DNA of 64,000 nucleotides from a virus. Lineage: Duplodnaviria; Caudoviricetes. Positions 27,701 to 37,772 of this stretch are shown piece after piece (the stretch's first letter is position 1; every line of letters begins with the position of its first letter). The notes below the pieces were generated by a model, which was given only the letters and a program-made list of their open reading frames with translations, did no database searches and had not been told where the DNA came from. The translations under genes and the position numbers were made by a program. The stretch covers positions 655 to 64,654 of the IMG/VR virus record IMGVR_UViG_2890318599_000001. One strand, 5' to 3'.

Positions 27701-29520
27701 AGGACCAGGCTAGAAATAGCAAGCAATGTTAGTTGAAATGCTTTACTGTTGGCTGCATCTGCAAAGGCTTTAGACAATTTGTCTAAAGAAGCAGACAGAT
27801 TATTGTTTTTGGCTGCAAATGCATCTTCAATATTACTTGTATTCTGAAATGACACATTAGCAGTGTCTATGCTTTTCCTGAATGCATCAGCATTTTTACT
27901 TAGCACTCCAAGAACCGATGTCACTCTTCCTTTCCCAAGCTCACTATCTGCAAATGCTTGTGATATTTCCTCAATACCAGTTTTACCCTTCGTTAAACCT
28001 TCTGCAACTTTTAATAATGCTTCCTCCGGACGGCTGTTTAACAATGTTGAAAACTGCTTTTGTGTTAAACCGGCTATCTCACCATATTTTTTAGTGTCAG
28101 TTGCAAGTTTAGGTATGATCTTTACCAAAGCCGTGGAAGAAACTTCTGCGCTCTGGCCAAATTGCTCAAATCCGGACGCAAGTCCCAGTACTGACGGCAG
28201 GGTTATGTCACTTATGCCCCGAAGACCAGCCATTCTTGTAGCGAAATCATTTAAGAAAGGAACGGATGCAATACTTTCATTTGCAAGTGTCCTTACTGCA
28301 TTACCGGTACGAAGCAAATTATCACCATTCACAGCCTCGGTACCAAGAAATACATTTATAAGCTTTACAAGGTCTTCCGTACCCTTTTCAACATCACCGA
28401 AATCCTTACCAAAAGCTATCTTTATTTTATCGATGGATTCCGCTACCCCTGCAAGATTCTCTTCTGATACCCCTGCCTTGGCTGCAATATTTGCTATCTC
28501 TTCTAACCCTGTGAGCTTTGTTCTGGTATCAATATCTGCCAGACTTTTTACCAGTTCATCTGCCCCACCCTTGACTTTGCCTAACTCTATTTCAAGATTT
28601 GTTGTTTGATCTGATAACTCTTTAGCAATCCCCGTTTCTTTCCTGATACCGCTTAATGCTGCCTGTATTCCTATATATCCTATAGCAACCTGCGCCACTT
28701 GTTTCCCAAGGTCCCTAAAGCTTGCCTTGAGCCCATCGACAATTTGTGTTCCAACACCGGTGCCCCTGATACCTTGTTCCAGCGAAACTATCTGAGTATT
28801 AAGTTGGCCTGCAGCAGCTCTGTTTTCCAGCAGTTGCCTTTCAAGCGTATCTAATGAACCTTGCCCGGTCGATTGAACAGCCCTTAATTCTGTCCTTAAT
28901 TTTTCAAACTCAGTATTAAGATCCCTTGCCTTGGTTTTTGCCTGGGTTAACTGGTTTTGGATTAGGTCAGTAAGCCCGGCATCACGGAAAGCATTTAAAA
29001 TGCCGGTCTTGTATTCCCCAACAAGCGTACCGTCCGGAGAAAGTGACCTGTTGAAATTGTCAAGCTGGGTTTTCAATACCCTTAATTCATTTTGCGCCTG
29101 CGTAACCTGAAGCTTATCATTTAACGGAATGACACTTTTGGCGATCTGCGAAAGCTCACGATACCGCTGCGATATTTCATAATAACTACCAGAAACAGCT
29201 GCATTGCCATTTGTAATTTGCTTTTGCTGAGACAGTTCCTGCTGGCGGATTAGCTGAGCCTGCTTTCCCTGGTTAATAAGTTCCTGACGTTGTACTTTTA
29301 GCTGCAGTTCTTGAACCCGTAATTCCTCGAATTGACCCTTCAGCTTATTAACAGCCTCTGTGTCTCCATCAAAAGAGGCCTTAATCGTCTCTTTGTTTAA
29401 TGCCTGCTTTGACCGCTTTATTTGAGCGAATTCAAGGTTTATTTGCTCCAAAGTTGCGATAACATGTTCGCCACCCAACTCCTGCAAGTCGTATATTTTG
29501 GTAATTTTTTCTCCGGCCAT
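24778..29520 (-). CDS. Tail tape measure protein
   Basis: 1580 aa helical; TP901-like core, hydrophobic segment, GPSHVNGGI/EVEGKE C-terminal motif. Confidence 0.92.
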   Translation of the reverse strand: MAGEKITKIYDLQELGGEHVIATLEQINLEFAQIKRSKQALNKETIKASFDGDTEAVNKLKGQFEELRVQELQLKVQRQELINQGKQAQLIRQQELSQQKQITNGNAAVSGSYYEISQRYRELSQIAKSVIPLNDKLQVTQAQNELRVLKTQLDNFNRSLSPDGTLVGEYKTGILNAFRDAGLTDLIQNQLTQAKTKARDLNTEFEKLRTELRAVQSTGQGSLDTLERQLLENRAAAGQLNTQIVSLEQGIRGTGVGTQIVDGLKASFRDLGKQVAQVAIGYIGIQAALSGIRKETGIAKELSDQTTNLEIELGKVKGGADELVKSLADIDTRTKLTGLEEIANIAAKAGVSEENLAGVAESIDKIKIAFGKDFGDVEKGTEDLVKLINVFLGTEAVNGDNLLRTGNAVRTLANESIASVPFLNDFATRMAGLRGISDITLPSVLGLASGFEQFGQSAEVSSTALVKIIPKLATDTKKYGEIAGLTQKQFSTLLNSRPEEALLKVAEGLTKGKTGIEEISQAFADSELGKGRVTSVLGVLSKNADAFRKSIDTANVSFQNTSNIEDAFAAKNNNLSASLDKLSKAFADAANSKAFQLTLLAISSLVLLFINNLPTVISLVTLWAAGWAVANKELVLQYSRLALLNAQLLISRIALGALTIAQTAYTAVMGFFSGATNIATTATNLFRAALVSLPFGWILAIIGAVTAGFVALGTAVFASTNKLKDNYRASQLNGEIQTEVAQATAGTTAKINALTSVIKDNNISLAARKIALQQLIAIAPEYLGNLKLENIKTAEGIKVINDYVKALENKAKAQAIDNGLTKSREKLLDAQKNEARAATDPDFAKEEYRKQASNPFFSSVIDAVKFGTLNSEQAYIKYYYQQLQKEAQKDIDFFTKAIGGQIVDSAKKISDDSKNGAKQTVGELENELKDLIKSLEDSYALIALTDKNAQDSNIKQRQIYQKELDDLNAKKNGKPEKEKTYNGAKLTGETKDSLKEIETETDLLKAELEKRKTLGTISEFDYYTELNKITQDGITKKLAIIKEGNAEEKKQRAELMLQAVLAEKDKNQKLYDLGEKSAQQTLQSANRNADNKLKLVTESVNSTELQKSEAQLQYDNDALKAQIDFNVSLNTLEAKYGVKSLENAQKRWDELKKLETKILNDRLENNKKIYDTTFEAIDKGTTSSANQEDTSFANAKTELFNQQFATEEARKEAFEDLERKHQAKILQIQRASIYSKLIETEKLHTAGVINEKDYNSQVEGLNKELAENSAAISQNNLDTILDGWDDFRNALGKITSAIEAANQSILKPLFDLQKQKIENAQEQTNKEQDAQKEQELNLATSEQQKEEIEKKYDAKRAASDKKYSEEKKKIALKELAVDSALAAVRSLLSLPNYAQVAINLGLVAASYALQRAKIESTKFEKGGKLKSTLSYGGIFDGPSHVNGGIPISNKEVEGKEGYVINKNSMSSGKRMTVTGTPAQISSAANVAGGGVDFAPGATRFMYDYGGSLGMNLKAPVIMPRQYLNTAAAQDNSEVLATLKAQADAITAMSSQILTLQVQLNPNAVTNYQDKKSKAVKLATL

Positions 29521-29571
29521 GATTATTATAGTTATTTATTATCTTATTTAAGTACCTAAAGTTTAAATGAA

Positions 29572-31983
29572 TTATCCGATAAGGTCTGAAGGAAGCGCAA
29601 GCAACCTCTGATAAACAGTATCCTTTCCCCCGGATATTAAAACACCGTTCGTTACACTGCTCAATGATGGGAAGCAGCTGTCACTATCGGCCTGAGACAT
29701 CGGAAACCATTTCCACAGATAGCATTGCGTTGATTCACTTGCCAATGGTTTATATCCATAAATATTGAACAGGTGATAAATGGCATTATCCTGGATTATT
29801 GCCTCACGATGATAAAAATTAGTGATATCTGATGTTGAAAGGTTGTACCATGCTTTGTGTCTTTTCCCGTAACGCATTATAGATAACCGCTGCAGGAAAA
29901 ACCTTCTCATTAGCCCATGAACAACCGCACCCTTTGGGTTGGTTGCGCTATCGACATTCTGGTCGCTATATGTCAAAACAGGGTCATTCTCCCCTCCTTT
30001 ATTATAATTCACAGCAAACATTTCAGGGCAACCGTAAGAAGCATTCTCAAACTTTATCCTGCCATTTTTAAATACAGGGTCTGAAAGGTTAACCCTGCGG
30101 GCAAAAGCAATCTTAGGGCCAAATTTATACTGTGAAGTGCTTGCCGATGTGTTGGAAATATTCTCCGGAATCATCGCTATAAGTTGCGGGGACACCTGAT
30201 CATCAGACAAAGTTTTCCACTCATCCATCCTGATATGCATTACAGGCGTAAAAAAACGATTCTCATTGTCTTTCTTTCCGGTTTTGAAACGATTTGGGAA
30301 TATGTACTTTGATGAACCTGGTAAAGTGCTGTTCCGGTCTACAAATCGTTTGGCCGCACCATCGGAAGAATCGTCCTTAAAAAGCATATTGAATTCCTGC
30401 TCGATGTCTGAGTATAATTCTAATTCGGACTCCTTTGCTAAGTCCATTTTCTGGCTCCAGTCGATTTTCCCCAATCCGAAATATCCTGTGATTTTGCTTA
30501 GTGGGTTACTGCCGGTATAATACGGATAGGTAGGTTCGATAACTACAATTTTGTTTATCGGGTCTGATTGAAACTGAAGGTCAAACAAATCTATAAGGCC
30601 TCTCAATAAATCAAGAAAATTGTAGTTCTTTAACTCGTCATAAATTTTCAAATCAACAATTGAACCGACAACTTTTTTAAAACCTGTCACCTCTAATGTG
30701 GTTGCAAGAATTTGAATAGTCGGACCACCTCCTCCTGCAAAAAAATATCTCCCATAAACTCTCACAGCCGCAGAACTTACAGCTCCAACATTTATTCTTG
30801 CAAATAATATCATTTGTATTGTCGCACCAGGTGAAACGTTCTTCACGGTAAAAACAAATGGCGTATCCTGAATTATTCCATCATCAATAGATGAATTATC
30901 ATAAATCATTGCCTGATCTGAAATACCACCTCCGATAACAGTCCAGTCTATCCAAAGGGAACATTCTCCACCATCAAAAGAGGCAGGCACAGAAATAGTA
31001 AATTCAATATCTGTTACACCTAATAACGATGCTTGAGTGCCATTAAAGACATACTGCATTACTCCGGAAGATGTATTGTAGGAATAATTTCCACCATTAT
31101 CATATCCTAAAGGGCTGCTTGTATATGATAGTTCAAAAGTATCATTGGTTACGTTTCCTGACGCAGCGCCGTCCCCGATTAGATAATCCGCATCAGTATT
31201 ATCTCCAAAGAATGACCAATAGCTATCTCCATTGTAATTTGACATATTAGTTGGCGTACCGGTAGCTTTAAACTTCAAAGGATCCAATTTTGAGCTATCC
31301 ATCAGAAGGAAATCTCCCCATGTCCAGGGAAGTACCAGCCCCCTGAAATAAGCACTATCCAGAAAGCTACTTTGAATTTTATAACCCAAAGACTTGAACG
31401 CACGCCATATAATCCAGTAAACGGAGATAGATGGACGCAAATCAAGCGTTGTCATCCCACCATCTGTAAGGCCTTTCGAGTACCTGACCGGGCAATAGAA
31501 ATAATCAAGCGTTTCACTTAATCCATTAAAGTTATACCAGGTGTTGAATACCACCGATTGATTGAAGATATGGGTATGACTGCTTAAAAAATCGTGCAAA
31601 GTGCTATCCTGTAACGGCAGCATCCAGTCACCATTATTACCGTAAAAGTTGAGCTTATAGGCTTTTGGATTACCGTTCTGGCTGACAGTTGATTTTACCA
31701 ATGCCTTTCCTTTAAATAGTTGAATACCATTTGCTTCAATCAGGCAATCCATAGCATTCTTTACGGCATCATTTTCAATATTTGCATCATGGTAGGTGCC
31801 AAATGTCGTATCATTCTCCAGTGTGGCCGGCACAGATATATCCAATGAAACAGAACTCTTCTTTTCAGAAAAGTTATCTTCATTTTCCAGTTCGTAATCA
31901 ATGGATATCGGTACGGCTTCGACACTTTCAACATCCACCGGCCGGTCGTTAATCCTGAAGTTCAAATATTTTGTTTCTGACAT
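29572..31983 (-). CDS. Tail tip/baseplate hub-like protein
   Basis: 803 aa, beta-rich, adjacent to tape measure; LRPSI and DWSQK motifs. Confidence 0.6.
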   Translation of the reverse strand: MSETKYLNFRINDRPVDVESVEAVPISIDYELENEDNFSEKKSSVSLDISVPATLENDTTFGTYHDANIENDAVKNAMDCLIEANGIQLFKGKALVKSTVSQNGNPKAYKLNFYGNNGDWMLPLQDSTLHDFLSSHTHIFNQSVVFNTWYNFNGLSETLDYFYCPVRYSKGLTDGGMTTLDLRPSISVYWIIWRAFKSLGYKIQSSFLDSAYFRGLVLPWTWGDFLLMDSSKLDPLKFKATGTPTNMSNYNGDSYWSFFGDNTDADYLIGDGAASGNVTNDTFELSYTSSPLGYDNGGNYSYNTSSGVMQYVFNGTQASLLGVTDIEFTISVPASFDGGECSLWIDWTVIGGGISDQAMIYDNSSIDDGIIQDTPFVFTVKNVSPGATIQMILFARINVGAVSSAAVRVYGRYFFAGGGGPTIQILATTLEVTGFKKVVGSIVDLKIYDELKNYNFLDLLRGLIDLFDLQFQSDPINKIVVIEPTYPYYTGSNPLSKITGYFGLGKIDWSQKMDLAKESELELYSDIEQEFNMLFKDDSSDGAAKRFVDRNSTLPGSSKYIFPNRFKTGKKDNENRFFTPVMHIRMDEWKTLSDDQVSPQLIAMIPENISNTSASTSQYKFGPKIAFARRVNLSDPVFKNGRIKFENASYGCPEMFAVNYNKGGENDPVLTYSDQNVDSATNPKGAVVHGLMRRFFLQRLSIMRYGKRHKAWYNLSTSDITNFYHREAIIQDNAIYHLFNIYGYKPLASESTQCYLWKWFPMSQADSDSCFPSLSSVTNGVLISGGKDTVYQRLLALPSDLIG

Positions 31984-31985
31984 TA

Positions 31986-33332
31986 TTAATTTCTTTGACG
32001 TATGTTTTCATTGGACATGGTGAATTGAATCTGGGTAACATATTCATACCTGTCCTGGCTCTTCCTTAAAACAAATTCTCCATCTTTTACTAAAATCGGA
32101 ATATTGGCAGCATCCTGCCCCTGACCACCCGGCCACTCAATATATACTTCAGGTGAATCAAATAACTCTTTCAGCCACTGCTGCATATCTTCACCATATT
32201 CACAGGTACTTACGGTAAATTGCTCATTGCTTATGACAGTTAGCTTCTTAGCGCCTCCATCCGATTTCACTAAAGGAAATTTCAACGCCTTTTGCCATTC
32301 GTCAGAAGTAGTAATAATGCTGCCATTGATTTCGGAGAAGTTCACCGCATCATAAAAGCCCAGATAATTCAGGAACCGTACATGTAAACGTTGCTTATTG
32401 CAATTGCATCCATAAGTTTTAAAAAGTGGCGTCTTAAAACTTGCATTCAATACACTGGGTGGCACAATTGATAAATCATAAACAAGCGATAAAGTATATT
32501 CAGTTATATCATCAAAGGGAACTGTTGTAGGAGTTATTGGCAACAAATTTGAATACCAGGTTAGGGGCTTTAATTGAATGATACCTGTCGGGATGCTAAT
32601 TGCTATATTATTTTGTCCGGAATACACATACTGTGTATATGCATTAGTAAATGACATATCGCCATCTCTCTTATAACTGATGGCTAATGAATAATTTGAT
32701 TCACCTGAAGGCAACTTGATTGAAAACAGCGGGAAAGAATCATAATCGTATTTTGATATGATGTAGCCATTGGGCCGGTGGCTTAATGGCATAAATTCAT
32801 ATCCTGCTGCAGGAGGGAAACCAAGCGGCACTTTATAGAAATTAAGATGAGTCTTTAAATCCTGGTTGTCTTCATGCTGAAGCACGGAGTTCAAAACATA
32901 AAAAGTCGGGGACGCATATCCTCCGCTACCAGGTGAACCTTCCGGAACTATAAACCCATTTGAATCCGTTGAACTTACCCTGAACTTGCAATAACAGGCA
33001 GACGATGAGCCATTAACTCCTATAAAATCCGTTGTTGTCGGTGCTATAGAAAGCAAATTCAACAAAGGCAAATTTGATTTCAGGTATTCCTGAACGACTG
33101 TTTGAATATCAAATATCCAATATGGTGCATTGAAGGCATTAATCTGGTAATAGGTGGTTGATGTCTGTGTCTTATAGTAAGTACCATTAAAGTAAATATC
33201 ACAATAAACAACAGGCGGGAATGTGCCTATAAGTGTTGAATCAAATTTAGGCTGAAAAATAATAGGCCGGTATGCCGCATTCAGGCTTGAAGCAGTTGGC
33301 CGTACATTACTTTGAAAACTTGTTATGGGCAT
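31986..33332 (-). CDS. Distal tail-like structural protein
   Basis: FLNYLGFYD...WLKELFDSPEVY C-terminal pattern seen in Bacteroidota phage tail proteins. Confidence 0.55.
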   Translation of the reverse strand: MPITSFQSNVRPTASSLNAAYRPIIFQPKFDSTLIGTFPPVVYCDIYFNGTYYKTQTSTTYYQINAFNAPYWIFDIQTVVQEYLKSNLPLLNLLSIAPTTTDFIGVNGSSSACYCKFRVSSTDSNGFIVPEGSPGSGGYASPTFYVLNSVLQHEDNQDLKTHLNFYKVPLGFPPAAGYEFMPLSHRPNGYIISKYDYDSFPLFSIKLPSGESNYSLAISYKRDGDMSFTNAYTQYVYSGQNNIAISIPTGIIQLKPLTWYSNLLPITPTTVPFDDITEYTLSLVYDLSIVPPSVLNASFKTPLFKTYGCNCNKQRLHVRFLNYLGFYDAVNFSEINGSIITTSDEWQKALKFPLVKSDGGAKKLTVISNEQFTVSTCEYGEDMQQWLKELFDSPEVYIEWPGGQGQDAANIPILVKDGEFVLRKSQDRYEYVTQIQFTMSNENIRQRN

Positions 33333-33335
33333 GGC

Positions 33336-33821
33336 TTAAATAGTTTCAGACTTGGTCTTATTAAATGTTTTTGAAATTTCAGCATCAATGCCGGCAAGTA
33401 TTTGCTTGTCAATATCCCGGTTTATGGCATCATTTACTACCTTAAGGAACTTCAACCGGTTATTGGTTTTGCTGAACCTTCTTGAATTATCAGTTGGCAT
33501 CCCTTCTTTCATCCATGTCATTATAGTTGCACCTGCAGCTTTCTTTGCCTCTTTTGTCGAAAGGCCCCGTTTTATGAAGTATTTAATGACATAAGGCAGT
33601 TGAGCCCAGCTTGCAGAACCTGCCTGAAAACCATCATTCACATATCTTGCATATCCCAATGCAGTACCCGTGATTCTCGTACCATCAGGTCCTGATGTTA
33701 CATTATCGGATAATGACCTTTCAAGATTGCCGGTTAAGTAGTGCCCTTGATTCTTTAATTCCTTTTTTATGGCAGGCTTTATTTTGTTAGCTGCAGCTTG
33801 CATAACTGATCTGATACTCAT
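33336..33821 (-). CDS. Putative neck/tail completion protein (HK97 gp10-like)
   Basis: TGNLERS and YARYVNDG motifs; basic protein. Confidence 0.6.
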   Translation of the reverse strand: MSIRSVMQAAANKIKPAIKKELKNQGHYLTGNLERSLSDNVTSGPDGTRITGTALGYARYVNDGFQAGSASWAQLPYVIKYFIKRGLSTKEAKKAAGATIMTWMKEGMPTDNSRRFSKTNNRLKFLKVVNDAINRDIDKQILAGIDAEISKTFNKTKSETI

Positions 33822-33832
33822 ACGGATTCTGT

Positions 33833-34489
33833 TTATTCGGTTTTAGTATTTAGAGTGTCTGTATAAACTTTAAGTGTAACTTCTAAATATTTGGCTATTG
33901 AGAATGCTATATTCAGCGGAAGCTGCTGCATTAAGCTATGCCTTTCCTCCAGATAGTTATTAATATCAGCCGCGGTCTCGCCCTTTTTTCTCAAATACAT
34001 TGCGCATAGAGCCGGCAGCTTATTCCAGTCTCCTTCTGAAAATGCTTTCAATTGAATTACCATCTTCTTAAGCTCCAGAAATGAATCATACATCAATCCA
34101 TCTTCCGGTACAAAATCTATTGGAGGAATGATGTTCCAAATTGAATTATTAACTATATATTCCGGCTCAATATCTAGTTCAAACTGTTCATCAGTCATAA
34201 TTGAGGTTGAGGATGTGTAAACATTTATCAATTGGTTTACATCAAAATTTGTCCTCATCTCTTCAAGTTCAATGCCGGTATAAAAGGAAAAGAATTTACA
34301 GGCTGCATCAGATAAAAGTAAAAATGCCTCTACATCTTTATCGGATGAATCAGGCATTAAGTCAATTTCTTTTTTCTTGGCATCTAAAGCATTGCCATAG
34401 TTCTCTTTCCACTTTATCCACTGTTCAAGTGTGATTGAATGCAGGGAGTTTGGTATGGAATATTGACGGTCCATGTAGTTTATGTTCAT
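33833..34489 (-). CDS. Hypothetical protein (possible tail assembly chaperone), paralogue of 35895..36740
   Basis: IP....ITL.QW N-terminus, AMYLRKKGE, LPLNIA. Confidence 0.6.
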   Translation of the reverse strand: MNINYMDRQYSIPNSLHSITLEQWIKWKENYGNALDAKKKEIDLMPDSSDKDVEAFLLLSDAACKFFSFYTGIELEEMRTNFDVNQLINVYTSSTSIMTDEQFELDIEPEYIVNNSIWNIIPPIDFVPEDGLMYDSFLELKKMVIQLKAFSEGDWNKLPALCAMYLRKKGETAADINNYLEERHSLMQQLPLNIAFSIAKYLEVTLKVYTDTLNTKTE

Positions 34490-34752
34490 AATTCCTCCAG
34501 TATTTTTTCTTGTTTACGGATTTCTATTAATGCAGGCTCCAGTTGCTTGAAGTTGTTGAATATATTTGTAACACACATTGGACAATCCAGGTCATTTTCA
34601 CCATGAGGGTCAACATATTGCGTCCAGAGAGTAAACAGGATACGCATGTGCCGGTCGCTTGCAGATGCAATAGATTTGTAAATCATATTTTCCTCCAGTA
34701 TCTGATTACGGTATTCCTTCGGAATAGCCATTGCCATTTCGTTCAGTGTCAT
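34486..34752 (-). CDS. Hypothetical CxxC protein
   Basis: DCPMCV motif; overlaps the downstream gene. Confidence 0.6.
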   Translation of the reverse strand: MTLNEMAMAIPKEYRNQILEENMIYKSIASASDRHMRILFTLWTQYVDPHGENDLDCPMCVTNIFNNFKQLEPALIEIRKQEKILEEL

Positions 34753-34753
34753 A

Positions 34754-35062
34754 TTAGGTAAGTTGGACGTTGAATTTTTTGGATACGATTCTTTTTAATT
34801 TTTCCGGGGTAACATTCGGATGCTTTGCGCGATATCTGATTGCATAGTTCTTCATTTTGTTCATCAAAAGATTTCGCTGCTTTTCTTCACCAGGTGACAA
34901 TTCAGTTACCACTTCAAACACTTCACCGGTTTTTGCATTGACCACGGCCATTTTAGGTTTATCGTCCGATTGAACACAAGGTTGTACAGGTAAATTCAAC
35001 AATGAAGGACAAGCAAGTCCAAATCTTTTAAGCGTTTCTGCTATTTGTGCATCTGTTTGCAT
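34754..35062 (-). CDS. Hypothetical protein
   Basis: 102-aa ORF tightly packed in the operon. Confidence 0.6.
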   Translation of the reverse strand: MQTDAQIAETLKRFGLACPSLLNLPVQPCVQSDDKPKMAVVNAKTGEVFEVVTELSPGEEKQRNLLMNKMKNYAIRYRAKHPNVTPEKLKRIVSKKFNVQLT

Positions 35063-35064
35063 AT

Positions 35065-35667
35065 TTATAAATGTTCCGGATGTGAATCGACTGATTCGGG
35101 TAATTGGAATGTTGTTTCAAAATCTGATGGATAATCGTCTTCAGTACAGGACTCGTTGAGTACAAGAGTAAAATATAAAATCACTCCACTCACACCATCA
35201 TTGCCTATCATTGTTACTGGTTCGATAAGAGGGTTGCTGTTTTGCTTTATATGAAAAGTACTATTGAATACTTTCTGCAAGGTCTTTATAAACATTACTG
35301 CGCATCGCTTCATATCATGCCAATCGAAAAGCAAACGGTGCTGGCTTGTATTTGTATTCGGGTTCAATGAGGCAATTTGGTTGCCAGGCAGTTGGAATGA
35401 AGCATTTAAAAACATCATTGTGACCTCATATTCATCCTTAAAATAATCCTCCATGTAATCGCCTGAAGATTGTGGTGGCATCATTAAGGCAAGCGGATAC
35501 TGCTTTTCTTTATATTGGTCGCCAAAACTGAATTTCAGGACTTCTTCCAGGTTATCCGTGTTTAGTTCATGGCCAAATTGCGGGCAAATATGAAAATGGC
35601 CTTTAATAGCCTTAGATTGATTAAGGACAGATTGAAATAAAGATTCGATGTAGGGATATGAAAGCAT
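35065..35667 (-). CDS. Putative tail terminator/completion protein
   Basis: YPLA motif and DGVSGV beta segment; position in the tail module. Confidence 0.5.
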   Translation of the reverse strand: MLSYPYIESLFQSVLNQSKAIKGHFHICPQFGHELNTDNLEEVLKFSFGDQYKEKQYPLALMMPPQSSGDYMEDYFKDEYEVTMMFLNASFQLPGNQIASLNPNTNTSQHRLLFDWHDMKRCAVMFIKTLQKVFNSTFHIKQNSNPLIEPVTMIGNDGVSGVILYFTLVLNESCTEDDYPSDFETTFQLPESVDSHPEHL

Positions 35668-35669
35668 AG

Positions 35670-35891
35670 TTATTTTGACTTTAAGTGAAACTTAATAAAC
35701 CGGTTTCGTTTTGGTGATTTCAACAGGGAAACAGAAGGTTGAACATCGGAAGCAAACGTTATAATACCCTTTGGCCATTTCATTGCTTCTAATATTAAAT
35801 TGGCTTCACTCTTATCAATATTTTTTGGTTTGATGCTAATGATTGGCGGAATGTTATAATTGCGTAAATTCCTCCTCTTGGATTTGTTCAT
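35670..35891 (-). CDS. Small basic hypothetical protein
   Basis: 73-aa ORF filling the operon gap exactly. Confidence 0.5.
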   Translation of the reverse strand: MNKSKRRNLRNYNIPPIISIKPKNIDKSEANLILEAMKWPKGIITFASDVQPSVSLLKSPKRNRFIKFHLKSK

Positions 35892-35894
35892 ATT

Positions 35895-36740
35895 CTATTT
35901 TTTATAAGCTGCTTCTGTATCTAACGCAACAGCTTCGTTATATTGCTTTTCTTCACTTGCAGAAACAAGGACATCATAAGCCTTAGCGGCCCGGGCACAA
36001 TCAATTGAATTCATTCCACTATTTGCAATATCAAACACTTTTGTAGCTGCTACGGATTTCAAGAAATTAACCCATCCCCATTGATTAAGATGGCTTTTGA
36101 TATGATTTCCGGATTTGATTTGTGATTCACTGAATACAGGAAAATACTCCTGCAGATATTCAGTGAATGATTCATACCATTGTGCAACTAAAACTGCAAT
36201 TTCAAGCGGTAAGGATCTAAACAATTCAAGTCTTATACTATTTTCATAAAGAAATCCAGGTGAATAGAACTCTTCCTCTTGACGAAGGAATATAGCTGCT
36301 ATGTAATAAATTATTTCCCACTTGCTACCTTTTTCTTCTATGACATTTTGAGCCATTACCTTTGAGTCTATAAATTCTCCGAAAGTCATCATGCTATCTG
36401 GCCTCAAACCTTGTGCTGGCAGATACCATATATTTTCATTCCAGGCTACGGTTTTAGAATATTCTCTTTCCGGATTAAATAATGGTGATATCTTATGCCG
36501 GTATAGATCCAGTGCCTCGTTAATTGTGATTTCAGATTGGAGCTCATCAACAACTTTTCCTGTTAAGTAAGAAATTAACCAAAACGCATTGCTAATTTCA
36601 AAATCGATCAATTCGAAATCCTTAGCAATATCATTGTCCATTTCTTCTATTTCCTTTAATCGCAGTTCAATTAGTTCTCCATATTGATTATGGAAATCAA
36701 TTGCCTGGCCAAGAGTAATGAATTCAGGAAGATTGATCAT
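35895..36740 (-). CDS. Hypothetical protein (possible tail assembly chaperone)
   Basis: ITLGQ, MTFGEFID, AAIFLR, LPLEIA and WGW motifs. Confidence 0.6.
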   Translation of the reverse strand: MINLPEFITLGQAIDFHNQYGELIELRLKEIEEMDNDIAKDFELIDFEISNAFWLISYLTGKVVDELQSEITINEALDLYRHKISPLFNPEREYSKTVAWNENIWYLPAQGLRPDSMMTFGEFIDSKVMAQNVIEEKGSKWEIIYYIAAIFLRQEEEFYSPGFLYENSIRLELFRSLPLEIAVLVAQWYESFTEYLQEYFPVFSESQIKSGNHIKSHLNQWGWVNFLKSVAATKVFDIANSGMNSIDCARAAKAYDVLVSASEEKQYNEAVALDTEAAYKK

Positions 36741-37678
36741 TTGTCATTTAGGTAATTACTGATGGTGCCGGTGCTTTTACCTAATTTTTCAGCAATCTCT
36801 TTAACTGTTAAACCTTCTTCTTTCAAACGTTTAGCTTCAATTACTGCCTGAGCTTTAGTCAATTCAGTATCTGCGCCTTCATTGCTGGTATTTGTTTCAT
36901 CTGATTGGCCTGAACCATCACTCGTTCCAGCTTCTTTCTTGATTGAATCATCATTAGAGCCTTTCGATTCCTCATTCTTCTGATAATCAGACTTAACGAT
37001 GTCTTTCAGTTCGTTCAATTTTGGAGATTGTTCAGATTGTTGAAGGGAATTAATTTCCGAGCTGGCATGAACTGTAGTTTGAGACTCAGGAAGATCTTTT
37101 TGCCATGGGCTTTTAACCTCGTCAGAAGTTTGTTGTCCTGAATCTGATTGGGAATGTGCAGCATCTATTGCTGTATTTAATGTTTCTGATCCTTTAATCC
37201 CAGCTTTTATATCTTCTATAAATAGGATATCCAATTCAGCATCACGCCAGTTTTCTACATTTGCAAGTTTGGCTGCACCTCGTAATATTGAAACGCCTTT
37301 CGGCTCTCTGGTTACTTCCAAAATTTTTTCATTTGACATCTTCGGGATTCTTTCATAGAATTCTTTTATCCTGTCAATAAGTTTTTCTTTCTCTGTTTGT
37401 GTGGGCGTAGTAGTTTCTTCAGTAATGGGTTTGCGCTGATCAACCTGAATCCCCATTATCTTGGTAATAGGTTTGAATTCGTTTCCTGTATTTTCTAACT
37501 CTTTTTCAGGAAGTCCAGACAAAGAGTAAAACCGCTTCTCGATGATTCCAATCTGATTAAAGATTGTTTCAGAAAGGTTCTTTAGGTCCGGTTCTGTCTC
37601 TAATGTCTCTTTGATGGAATGTTTTGCAGCATTTAAAATAGCTGCTGATTCTTGGATTACTTTGTTATGTGGATTCAT
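36737..37678 (-). CDS. Hypothetical protein with low-complexity linker and C-terminal HTH
   Basis: EGLTVKEIAEKLGKSTGTISNYL; preceded by TAacTTTG at 37695-37702 (minus). Confidence 0.7.
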   Translation of the reverse strand: MNPHNKVIQESAAILNAAKHSIKETLETEPDLKNLSETIFNQIGIIEKRFYSLSGLPEKELENTGNEFKPITKIMGIQVDQRKPITEETTTPTQTEKEKLIDRIKEFYERIPKMSNEKILEVTREPKGVSILRGAAKLANVENWRDAELDILFIEDIKAGIKGSETLNTAIDAAHSQSDSGQQTSDEVKSPWQKDLPESQTTVHASSEINSLQQSEQSPKLNELKDIVKSDYQKNEESKGSNDDSIKKEAGTSDGSGQSDETNTSNEGADTELTKAQAVIEAKRLKEEGLTVKEIAEKLGKSTGTISNYLNDK

Positions 37679-37772
37679 CGTATTAATGTTTTGCCAAAGT
37701 TACTAAAAAAGGTATTATTTAACTTTATTAGTATTTAATGACTCACATTATTTGCACATACATAGAGAATGA

